The notes under the pieces were generated by a model, which made no database searches, had not been told where the DNA came from, and was given only the letters and a program-made list of their open reading frames with translations. From Thalia democratica (taxonomy: Eukaryota), in contig OZ241830.1 of NCBI GenBank assembly GCA_965202585.1, forward strand, positions 17,608,001 to 17,672,000: 64,000 nucleotides of DNA, read 5' to 3'. The translations under genes were made by a program, and so were the position numbers. Below are positions 1 through 10,301 of this stretch, piece by piece (the stretch's first letter is position 1; each line of letters begins with the position of its first letter).

Positions 1-57
1 TGTAATAACGTTATAAAGACTTCATTATTTGTTGTATACTTATTTTTTATTTTCTAG

Positions 58-962
58 GTGCAGAAACAAATGAAATTGAAAGTTATATATACATTAGCGG
101 AGGAAAAAATGATGAAAAAAGTTACGAAAACTGTGTTTTGAAAATGGGCGCAAACATGGGTAAATGGAATCATTTTAAAACTATGGGTACACGTAGATGT
201 CACCATCAGTCCTTAATAAAAGGAGATCAATTGTATTTGATAGGCGGATATAATGGATCAGACTACGTTGATTCCGCTGAAAATGAGATTGTATCTCTTA
301 GTGAGGAATTAGCTACCAAAACGTTTCCAAAAATGCACAACAAACGGACAAACTTTGGAATGTGTTCTTTAGCAGAATGTGTTTTTGTCGGAGGAGGATT
401 TAAAATCTCTTCTGGAGATTTAGACAAATGCGAAGTCTACAGTTTTGAAACTTGTGAATGGACTGAAGTTTCTAGTATGAACACTAAAAGAAGCGAATTT
501 ACTCTGACTTATTTTCAAGGAAAAGTCTGGGCTATTGGCGGTTTTAACATCTCAAATGACACAGATACATGGCTGGACACAATAGAAACATTCGATATTA
601 CACAAAACAAATGGAAAACAAGCAATTTGAGGCTCCTAACTGAACGATCTGGACATAGCACTGTTGCTTACGACAGAAAACTCTTTGTTGTTGGTGGCTA
701 TAAAAAAGACTCATTTTTAGCTTCTGTTGAAGTTTATTCAAGCAAAACCAATCAGTTTAGTTTTGTTGCTTCAATGAATATCTCACGATGTTATTTTGGA
801 TGCTGCGTTGTAAATTCAAGTTTGTATGTGATTGGAGGTAGTTTAGATTACGGCACTCTAACAGATGAAGTTGAGATATACGACATTGAAAAAGATGAAT
901 GGAGAAGAGGTCCGAGTTTGCCTTTGAAATTGGCTGATTTTGCTTGCTCAAACACTTTATGA
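58..962 (+). CDS. Terminal (Kelch) exon of RING-coiled-coil-Kelch gene copy A; upstream exons lie outside the window
   Basis: Acceptor TTTCTAG|GT at 57/58 (phase 1) is in frame with ORF 138..962. Six Kelch GG motifs (YISGG, LIGG, FVGGG, AIGG, VVGG, VIGG) with downstream Y/W. Homologous to 58401-59293 and 26674-27581. Confidence 0.92.
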
Positions 963-3837
963 CCAGTTCTCATTTTACAACTCTATAATTTTTTTTTGCT
1001 CTGAAACTTTATAATTTCTGCTCATATTATAAGAATCTGCTAGTTATATGTTATCTAATAATATTTTTAGTTTCATCTTGTTAATAAAAAAGTTTAAATT
1101 TGTCTAGCTCTAAACGAAAGCTTGTACAGTTTTAACAAGTATAATATTTTTGTTAACTATAAAATCTTAAGTGATTGACTCACAATATTTTTCTTGTTTT
1201 CAATAAAGTTGTTAGTGTAAAACTCAACTATTTTTGTTTTAATAGGCTTTATCTATACAAATAACTTTTATCTTTAAAAAAATTATTTTTAACAAAATAT
1301 AAATTTAATAGTTAAAATGAACACCTTAATTTTTATTTATGAACACTCTATATTCTACACATATTGTTTTAATTTACTATGTGTATTTTCCTTTACTTGC
1401 TTTTTTTTTGTTTCGTTTGTTTTTTCTATATAAAAAAAAAAAAAAACTTTTTTTTTTATTGTGTCTAAGTATGTGTAAATAGTTCTAATAAAAAATAAAC
1501 TAGCCATCGAATTTACTATAAGAAAAGTAATTTTTTATAGTCCTGTAAACTCCAAGCTGAAAAAATGCCCATATTATTATGAACATAGTATAAAGAAATA
1601 ATTGCACAAGAGTTTCCAGAGTGTTAAAATAGATTAATAAAACATTTCTAAATTAAGTAACTTTAGTTATGTCTTAACTGCAATTGTTTTTATTACTCTT
1701 GGCGCTTAAAAATATAAGCTTATGTAAAACTCCAATGTATTTTTTAGTATAATTATCTCTTCTTTCAGTAGTAAACATTTTGTTATTTATTTTAGTATGT
1801 AGCTTGCTATTCAAGAACTTACTCTTATATTTTAAAATAAATTATTTTTATAGATTAAGTTTTAATTTTTTGTTAATTTTAATATATAGCTTGAAAACTT
1901 GATCTATAGGAAGTAAGTTATTATATATTAAAACAGTAAATTTTTGAAAAGGAACCTAATGATTGATATTAATAGTACAAATTGCGAAAATGTTAAAACT
2001 ATGCTGTAAGGGGTTGGCAACGATTTTAGTCGGCGAGCTAGGTGCGAAAAAATTAATTTGTGTATAATCTAAAGCATTTAAGTTGCATTCAGGAAAATTA
2101 CTTAGTTATTCAGCGACAAATGATAATTTTAGATCACCATTCTATTTTATATCTGAATAAATTTTAAATTTTTTACAAGTTTTACTTAAGCTTGTTTTTA
2201 TTCTCTTTATTTTAACTATCAAAATATTAAGAATAAGTTTCAAAATTCGGTTTAGAGGGCCAGATTCACAAGCTTGCGGGCCGAACTTATATTTCTTTCA
2301 AGCTGGATTCTACTTAGATATTCGAAATGTTGGCGGGTTGCTGATTTTCGTTTTACATTTTTTAGTTATAGCCATCATCGTTGCAAAAATACATTCGAAA
2401 CTGTTGCTAAATTGGATTTGTTTATATTGATACTATTTTTATCAAACAATAAAATATACAATAAAAACAAGAGAGTGGTTAAAATTTATTTTACAGTAAA
2501 TAAGTTATTTGAATTAAAGGTCAATAAACTAAATTCAAAACTTAATAATTACATTGATACAATAAAAACTAATAACGGAGCCAATAAGTTTGATCAGAAC
2601 TATTCAATTAAATCAACCAATGGTGGTTACTGTTTTGTCTGCATATTTTTGCTGTTATTAAAATTTAATTTTACTTTTCTATTTGATGTTCACAAAGAAA
2701 AGACAAGTGCAGTAGTAATTTATCAATCTTCTGTCCTTACAGAGAAGGGTCAGCAACATTTTATGAAGAACAACTGAATTTACTTAAAAGGCTATTCGCG
2801 GGCCACGATGTTTTGAAAAGTTTTAATTTTAAAATAAGTGTCAAATACAACTGCGAATAATTAATAAAATAAACATTATTTAGGCAGCAGTTTACTGACG
2901 AGAAGGTTTTTTTTTCATTATCAATTAGCACCAATTGCTTTTTTTTCATTTAATATTTTAAAGCAAACGGCATGCCAATTATTTTTTAAGGTCATATTTT
3001 ACCAAACAATTTATGTTTAAACTCAAAGTAAATTATTCAAATTTTATCAGCAAACTTTAGTATATTTACTATAATTAAATAACAAATACAAATAACTTGT
3101 AGAAATTTATTTAACTATTTAAACTATAAAAGTTTTAGACTTTAATTAGTTTCACGATTTGTTTTAAGCTAAGAAAATACGTTTTCTTTTAAGCCCCGCC
3201 TATAGGACGTAGTTCTCATACCCCAGGTCTAATTAAAGTTATTATTTAATTTAAAGTTTTTATATAATCTAAATAGTTAAAATTGTGCAGACCAAGTCTT
3301 ATCTACGTTTTTTTTAATGCGATTCCGGTAGATCACTAATCTAAAAAAATATTTAAATTAAAATCATACCTAACCTTTATCAATATAAAGTAAAAGAATT
3401 TAAGGTGAGCAATTATTTTAGCTTATGCGCAAATATAGTTTGTGTATAAGCAATGACAAATTCAAAAGAAGCCAATAAAAACAATTTTTTCCTTCAATAA
3501 TGCTATAACTAGTCGGCCGTGTTTATTTCGTTTGTTCTCCTTAATAGTTTACTTTTATAAACATTATAAACAGCTAATTCTAGGTTAATTTTACCAACCA
3601 ACGGACCTCACGAGTCTTTCTTGTCCATTCATATGTGTGGTGATATGAAGAAAAATTAGCTCCCTGTCTGTTTAAACCTTTACGAAGTTTACTTTATAAG
3701 CTGATAAAATCTTGGAACTAAAATTTTTCATTACATTATTTTCACTAATACAATTATGAATTTTAAATTAATATAATTACCCGTTCAGAGCATTTATGTG
3801 ATCTTACACGAGGTTCCAAGGGGGGAATCTAAAATTT

Positions 3838-3851
3838 GCGCCATCTCCTGG
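3838..3851 (-). promoter_or_regulatory. CTCF-like motif CCAGGAGATGGCGC (copy A)
   Basis: One mismatch to the CTCF core consensus CCASYAGRKGGCRS; identical 14-mer in all three amplicon copies. Confidence 0.4.
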
Positions 3852-4239
3852 TTTCTCCAAACTTTTATTTTCAAACATTGTCATTAGACAGTCTTTTAAA
3901 ATAAAGACAGTCTACAGAGCCTAAGCTTGGACTTTTGTATGCCGTGAAAATAGCTCAAGTTATCAAAAAGTTTTATCATACCAATCCGATCATCAGACAT
4001 AAATCTCAGTCTACCAAAAGCTTGTTGTCTGATGATCGAATAGAAATGACCAATCTTTTAGTTACTTTGATTTATGTGTGTAAATTTTAACGTGTACAGT
4101 TTTCTTAACTGACTAAAAAGTAATAGCTGTTATGGTTTCATTTTTAATCACACAATTTTTATAAGTTAAAACAATTTTTTCGTCACGTCAAATAGTAATT
4201 TTGGTAGAAAAAAAATGTCTAAAAATTCATTCAGCTCAA

Positions 4240-4410
4240 CGATCAATAACACGCATGGCATGGAAGTAGAAACTAAGCTGCTTCTTTCTGCTAATAATTT
4301 CAATAAAGTTCACTCACAAGTCAAGAAAAGACGCAATAGAAAGGAAAATTCCTTACCAGGTTTACCTGAAGCGCCACACGGACAGACTCTTTGTAAAACG
4401 AGTTGAAAAA
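4240..4410 (+). pseudogene. 5' fragment (signal-peptide region) of the trypsin-like protease gene, a tandem duplicate
   Basis: About 4060-4410 is a direct repeat of about 4730-5070. ORF 4215..4406 retains VHSQVKKRR, matching VHSEVKKRR of the other copies. Confidence 0.6.
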
Positions 4411-4910
4411 CTAAACTTTCGCCTACTTTGTCAATACTACTCATTTCGTACTTTGTCAATATTAGGAAATATATTTTTAAATGTGCAAATGTTTCTGCTT
4501 AGCTATTATTGAGCTTCGTAATTTGGTTTGGTTGTTAGAATTGTATTAATATGTACTTTTGTTTTAGGTGTATGTATTTGATATTTAGTCCTCAGCAAAG
4601 AAAAATTAGAAATCTGAACAAAAGTACATACAAATCAAATTCTAACAACCAAACCATCTTACGAATGACTACTTTAGAAATTTTACTGTAATTGTGTTAT
4701 GTCTTACATTGGTGTTATTTAAACAGATCAGTTTTTTGATTTATGTGTGTAAATAGAAAAGTGTGCAATTTTTATAAAAACTTGCCTTAAAAGTTATAGC
4801 TGTTATGTTTTTATTTTTAATCACACAATTTTTATAAGTTAAAAAAAAATCGTTTGTTACGTCAAGTAATAATTTTGGTATAAAAAAATGCTATAAGTTT
4901 ATTTAGCATC

Positions 4911-6420
4911 GTGATAAACAACAGTTGGAAGTACAAACTAAGCTGCTTTTTTCTTTTGATATATTTTCAACTTATGTTCACTCAGAAGTCGGGAAAGGAC
5001 GCACGAGAAAAGGAAAACGAGAAAAGAGTAGCGCCACACGGGCAGAAGTCTGGGGAAACCGAGTTGAGACTAGAAATATTTACTTAGCTGACAACTACGC
5101 GCTGGTGTTGAACGCCATATACTGCTTGGGAATTAAAAACATTTTCGTGGACGTGTACAAGATCACAGCGGGAAGCATGTATGCCCACAAACAAAACAAC
5201 GACACTCGGAGAAAACTTGCTTACTCTAGGGGTATTACGAAGGTTACAGGGACAAAAAACAAATTAGGTGGAAGACCTCGACAGGAAAATAGCGTGATTG
5301 GAACTATTCGGCAGTTTTGAACCACTTTAAAATTGATAATCGGTTGAAGCTGCAGGAACTCGGGTTGAGTTGGTGAACGGAAGAGCGCAGCAAGTGAATG
5401 CTTTGCAGGGGAAGAAATTATTTTAGTCGATGGTCGCCTCTGTGCACAACTCGTTCAACGACGGCAATTACAAAAACAATTCTGCCGACACAAATTCAAG
5501 TTTCGAGTTCCAGAGCTCCTGCAAAGGCGACTCGGGCAGTCCGGTGGCTTGCAGGCAGTCGAAAAGTGTCCACTTCGATATTTTGGTGCATCATTTTATG
5601 CGGAGGTTTTAACATTCAAACTACCGGTAGCATTGGGCAGACGTGCGTGGCACCTTTTCATCAAACCACGTAGAGCGGATTGATGATAAGTTGAGGACAG
5701 TTTCTCAAAACTTGATTGTTAAGAAGCATAAAGGATCGGACGCGGGAGTGGGGGACGCTCTTTATCATGCTCCTTATTTCAGCAACAAAAACATAATGTT
5801 ATAGCTTGCCAAGGAGCCATCCTCAGCAAAAGATGGGTTCCAACTGCAGCGAGTTGCTTTAACAATTATCATTTGCAGCACACAGAAGGACCGTTCTAAT
5901 TTCTAAGAAGATCCAAAAGATCTTGAAGAAAGTCGGGTTGCACCACAGGGGTAGCTTGCAGGAAAAGTTTTAAGTAATTTGTGCCAAGACGAAGACTATC
6001 AAAATGACAACTATGGTAAGCACAACATTGCAGTGATATTTCAGTTGATTTTCAAGCTGAGTTTGACAAGCAGTTGACAATGATTACTGGTATCGATGTG
6101 AAAGACTGCAAAGTGTTTAGATGGAAAGATAATTGTGAAACTGAAACTACAGAGTACGAGAATCCTCTGCAAGTAAGCAAAGTAGGTATCTTAGAAGATA
6201 AAAGGTGCAGCTCTCTTATGATAAACCTAAAGTGCTATGCAGTTGCTTTATGGTCATCGAGTTTGTACTAAACAAGAACTTAGGACACCTACCATCAGTG
6301 TTAAAGCAGGGACTAGTTTAATTTACAAAGATTATCTACATACCATGGAATTTACGAAGTTGCATCTTTTAGTGGATACCTCGATTCGAAACAACTCCGT
6401 TCACTAAATTATCGGCAAAA
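4911..6420 (+). pseudogene. Intronless secreted tandem (two-domain) trypsin-like S1 protease pseudogene, copy A
   Basis: SSCKGDSGSPVAC (Ser codon 5532-5534) fits the PROSITE trypsin-Ser pattern. Degenerate His region VLNAIYC and CRNSG*VG (GWG with W to stop). Second domain: GSDAGVGDALYHA, CQGAILSKRWVPTAASC (5807-5857), HNIAVI (6021), PLQVSKVGILEDKRC, HGIYEVASF. Several frameshifts and stops; start ATG appears changed to GTG at 4911. Confidence 0.8.
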
Positions 6421-6439
6421 GTCTGTTAGATTAAATTAT

Positions 6440-6929
6440 CGAATTGGACACTTTTCGACTGCTTCCAACAGGACTGCCTAAGTCGCCTTTGCTCTGGAAC
6501 TCAAAACTGGAGTTTGTGTCAGCAGAAAAACTTTTCGTTATTGTCGTAGCTGAACGTGTTGAACACAGAGGCGATATCGTAGATCACAAACATGTCTTCT
6601 CCGATAAATTATCCGGCTTCACTTGCTGCTTCGTTCACAATTCCATGACCGAAATCCTGCAGTTCCAATCGATTATCAATTTCAAAAGGGCTCAGAACTT
6701 CCAGTTGGATTCAATCACGCTATTTCCCTGTCGAGGTGGAGCTCAAATCGGATCTATCTTCCGCTCACATTTGTTTCCGAACCCTGTAGCCTTCGTAAAA
6801 GCTCCTTGTATGTTTTCTTTTCTCTATTTCTCGTGCGTCGCGTCTTTTCTTGACTTCTGAGTGAACACAAGTTGAAAAAATCAACAGTAAAAAGCAGCTT
6901 AGTTTGTATTTCCAACTGCTGTAAATCAT
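6440..6929 (-). pseudogene. Truncated inverted copy of the protease gene (signal peptide plus part of domain 1)
   Basis: ORF 6765..6986 contains MIYSSWKYKLSCFLLLIFSTCVHS-EVKKRR (signal-peptide-like). Internal deletion of the His region; the GDSG motif reads GDLG. Confidence 0.75.
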
Positions 6930-8187
6930 GATGCTAAATAAACTTTTAGTCATTTTTTGTAACAAAATTATTATTTGACGTAACAAACTACTTGTTTTTA
7001 ACTTATAAAAATTGTGTGATTTAAAATATAAAAATAACAGCTATTACTTTTAAGGCAAGTTTTTATAAAAGTTGTACAAATTACAGTTTACACGCATAAA
7101 TCAATGAAAACTGATTAGTATAAATAACAACAATGTAAGACATAACACAAGTATAGTAAGATTTCTAAAGTAGTGATTCGTAATATGGTTTGTTTTTAGA
7201 ATTGTATTGTATGTACTTATGTTTAGATTCCCAATTTTTGTTCGCTGAGGACTAAATATCGAAAACACTTCAAAAAAAAAAAAAAAGATAATCAAAAACA
7301 TTTGCATACTTTGATAACGTATTTTTGTATATTGACAAAATAAAAGATGATGAATAAAAACTGTTGACGTACCAAGACGATTTAGAACCTAACAAAATAT
7401 TATTTTATTACAGTAAGATTATAACAAATCAAAATAAGATACATTATTTTGAGTGTTTTAATCAATGCTAATTTCAGACTATAAAAATTATTTTTATTTA
7501 AAAAGACACTTTCTGTGTAACTAAAACCAAATGAAATTAAAATTGATTAAAACTAGTATTTTTTTAAATAGAACATATCTATGTTCAATTGCTTTTAGTT
7601 TTCTACGATTATCTTTTACAAAACAGTTTATTAATAGAAGTTTTTTGCTATATCTATGCAACTGTAACATAAGTATCTAATTTGAACTACTTAAAAACCT
7701 TAAACACTATTAAACAGTCCAATATAATATGTAATATCACATAATTAACTTCTTGGCGTTAACATTTAGAAAATATTTTTAAATAACGTATGTATGACCT
7801 AAATCTAGCAGTTGTAAATATTTTTTTTAAACTTCAAGCGCCTGACCGAGAAAAGTTAAGGTAAAAAGCAGTTTGAGTTTCTTAAAGATAGATTTAATAA
7901 ATTTTCATTTATAATAGTTTATCTTTGGAAAATAATTAGTAAAAATCCAGAATAAAGTAGTTAGTAATTGTGTGCCAAGTATGGTATACAATATACATGA
8001 CAAATTTAACACAGGCCCAAGTCTCTTTATCATGTTATATTATCTTTTAACATAAAGAAATAAAGTGCAATCTGCAGCTAGAATCAGAGTTTTAATTTAA
8101 GAAATTTTTTTTAACTTAAACGTTTTCTTAGACGTCTGTTTTGTAATGATTACTTATATTTTAAATATAAAGTATCACAAATAAATA

Positions 8188-8740
8188 TGAAGTCAGCAGA
8201 TACTGATGGCTCAGTATCTGCATGACCCGTTAACTTATTTTTATGTCTTAAGCCCTTCTTAGTCTTAATCATTCTAATGGTATAGTAATCACTTAAATAG
8301 TAGCTTAAACTAAAAACAACCGGTTATAATTTATACAGCACAGTTTAATCAACAATATTTAATAACAAATGTGATTTAAAAAATACGTATTAACTCAAGT
8401 AAAAATTATACAAAAAGTTGATAAAGCTAAAGAATAATTTAATAATTTCTTCAATAAGCAACAAAGTTTAATCTATAATTTGGTACTTCTTTTAAAGTAA
8501 CAAATTTACAAAAGTTTAAACACTCAACTGCAATCCACTCAAAGTTCCAATTCAATGTCATCAACAAGAGTTCATAAATAAAACTGACCGTTGCTACAAC
8601 AAGAATAGCATTTTGTACTAAAAATTTGTCGTTAAGCAAACGTCATAGTGCTTTAATAAATTTAAACTTGTCAGTGTTTACAACTAGTTATTTTGTAAAT
8701 TTATTAACTATTATCACAACGCAGGGCAGATAGCGTTACA
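8188..8740 (-). repeat. 3' LTR
   Basis: No difference seen by eye from 13875-14427; starts TGTAACGC and ends GACTTCA on the minus strand. Confidence 0.96.
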
Positions 8741-8760
8741 TTTTCCTTTCTTTTTATCCT
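8741..8760 (-). other. Polypurine tract (PPT)
   Basis: AGGATAAAAAGAAAGGAAAA immediately precedes the 3' LTR on the minus strand. Confidence 0.9.
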
Positions 8761-9302
8761 TTTTTTGGCATTCTTGGCCAGGCTCCAATGATAAGCATCA
8801 AGGTCATGAGTAGACAGGAAAGAAAAATCGAACATACTGGTTTGCTAAACAACTACTGACGTAACTCATGAAACTGCTTCTTTTCTCTTGCAGCTGAAAC
8901 AGGTTGCCCGCCTGCAACTCGTCACACTTCTCTAGACACTGCTGGCGATTTCAAAAAATGTCACGAATCCATGACTTGTCAGTTTTTTTTTTTTTTTTTT
9001 TTTTTTAGTACCAAATTAAAAATTAACCACTTTCGAAGATATGAAAAAAAAGAAAAATTAATTAAAAAGAAGAGAAAAACTTTATTAAATTTGTACAGGT
9101 ATTTTAACCAAAAATAATATTTTAATTGCAACAACTAAAAAAAAAAATCAACTACTAATAAATCATTAAATAAACTAGTTACCAAAGAAAAAAATAGAAA
9201 GAAAATAAAGTTATAACCAGTTGTTTTCCATTCACTACCCCTAAATATACATAAACGCTTAAAAGCAGTAAAAAAAAAAAGATACTTACGCCGAATGAAC
9301 GC

Positions 9303-10301
9303 TTAGAATTCATCTGAGCTAGATGCTTCGGCATAACTTATGGGGACTTCTCGTTCCCTTAAATTGTATGTTTTAGTTTCCTCACAAGTTGTAACTCTGG
9401 GAACATACGCTTTCACGTTCCTTATAGAAACCTTTACCAACCCAGAATTCTTTTGAATAATCATACTTTGCTCTGAACAAGAAAGCACTTTATATGGACC
9501 ATGGTAGAGTGTGCTAAGTTTTCGCTTGTTTTGTCTCCTAAGCCAAACCCATTCGCATTCGAAAATCCCTGGTTCATAGTATGATTTATTATTGTGGCGC
9601 TTAAATTGCTTACCAATTTTAGCCATCATATTCAAAAATACTTTAGTTTCTAGAGTGTTGGGTGTGGTGATAATGTCAGTACCCTCAAATTTGTCGAACA
9701 TTACTCTCCCCGACAGATTCTGGGCCGTCCCTAGAGCATATTGAGCTGGGGTATAAGGTGAACCTTCAACGAAGGTATTGTTTAAAGCTGTCGTTATCAG
9801 AGGCAAATGCAAAGCCCAGTTTGTCTTATCAGATAACGCGCGAAGTGCAACATTGATAGTCTTATGTTGCCTCTCGATGAAACCGTTAGATTGAGGGCTG
9901 TATGGGGATACCAAACGATGATCTATTCCTAACTGCTCGAACGCTTCGGTTAACACGGTGTTAACAAATTCACGACCGTTATCAGAAACAACTACTTGAG
10001 GGACCCCGAATGGACCAACCCAGCAATGAAAAAAAGCATTCCTGACAGTCAAAGCTTTCTTATCTGTGATCGGCATAGTTACAAGAAACCCTGTGGCTCG
10101 GTCTTTGGCAGTTAAAATATACTTATTATTACAAGATGACTCGTTTAAAGGACCGACAAGATCTATGTGAACAAACTGGAATCGTTCCGTATTGTCTGGA
10201 AAAAAACCAATTTTTGGACGATTATATCTTGTTACTTTGTCGCTTGACATACCACACAGCTTTTGACCCAATGAGTCACATCTTTTATCAATGTAGGCCA
10301 A
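9303..10301 (-). CDS. pol: Integrase core and GPY/F region of pol, separated from RT-RH by a 1-nt frame break near 10237
   Basis: HIDLVGP...SDNGREF...NGFIERQHK (intact D,D-35-E) and YHGPYKV. The HHCC finger (AHNRLHLG...CVVC) is in the upstream frame. Confidence 0.92.
   Translation of the reverse strand: MAYIDKRCDSLGQKLCGMSSDKVTRYNRPKIGFFPDNTERFQFVHIDLVGPLNESSCNNKYILTAKDRATGFLVTMPITDKKALTVRNAFFHCWVGPFGVPQVVVSDNGREFVNTVLTEAFEQLGIDHRLVSPYSPQSNGFIERQHKTINVALRALSDKTNWALHLPLITTALNNTFVEGSPYTPAQYALGTAQNLSGRVMFDKFEGTDIITTPNTLETKVFLNMMAKIGKQFKRHNNKSYYEPGIFECEWVWLRRQNKRKLSTLYHGPYKVLSCSEQSMIIQKNSGLVKVSIRNVKAYVPRVTTCEETKTYNLREREVPISYAEASSSDEF

Larger units (their letters stand above)
4440..7350. repeat. 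Nested inverted repeat (arms about 4440-5582 and 6434-7350, spacer about 850 bp)
   Basis: AGTCGAAAAGTGTCCA at 5557-5572 versus TGGACACTTTTCGACT at 6445-6460; upstream AT-rich blocks are also mirrored. Arms are visibly diverged (roughly 75-80%). Mirrored again at about 20260-23400. Confidence 0.85.

Noticed and set aside
2008-2300. Defined hAT element shared by all three arms (TAAGGGGTTGGCAAC end)
   Set aside because: One terminus-like motif is visible but I could not find a matching right end or TSD, so it is not reported as a feature.
2274-2949. Hydrophobic small ORFs here and at 23183, 25080, 42094, 47615, 55215, 55678 and 60619 as membrane proteins
   Set aside because: F/L/I/K-rich products expected from AT-rich non-coding DNA; frames are not conserved between amplicon copies.
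4030-4112. C/D-box snoRNA (TGATGA...CTGA)
   Set aside because: No terminal stem, no purine before box C, no recognisable guide; both boxes are short enough to occur by chance.
6016-6044. Apparent 29-35-nt GT-AG micro-intron
   Set aside because: The sequence reads in frame as the HNIA(L/V) Asp-motif region of protease domain 2, so it is coding relic, not intron.
8451-8639. Identical 62-aa ORF at 8451, 14138 and 19062 as a repeated small gene
   Set aside because: It lies wholly inside the three LTR copies, has no recognisable motif, and its identity just reflects LTR identity.
8760-9300. env-like third ORF in the retrotransposon
   Set aside because: Only a 52-codon frame running through the PPT was found, with no signal peptide or transmembrane architecture.
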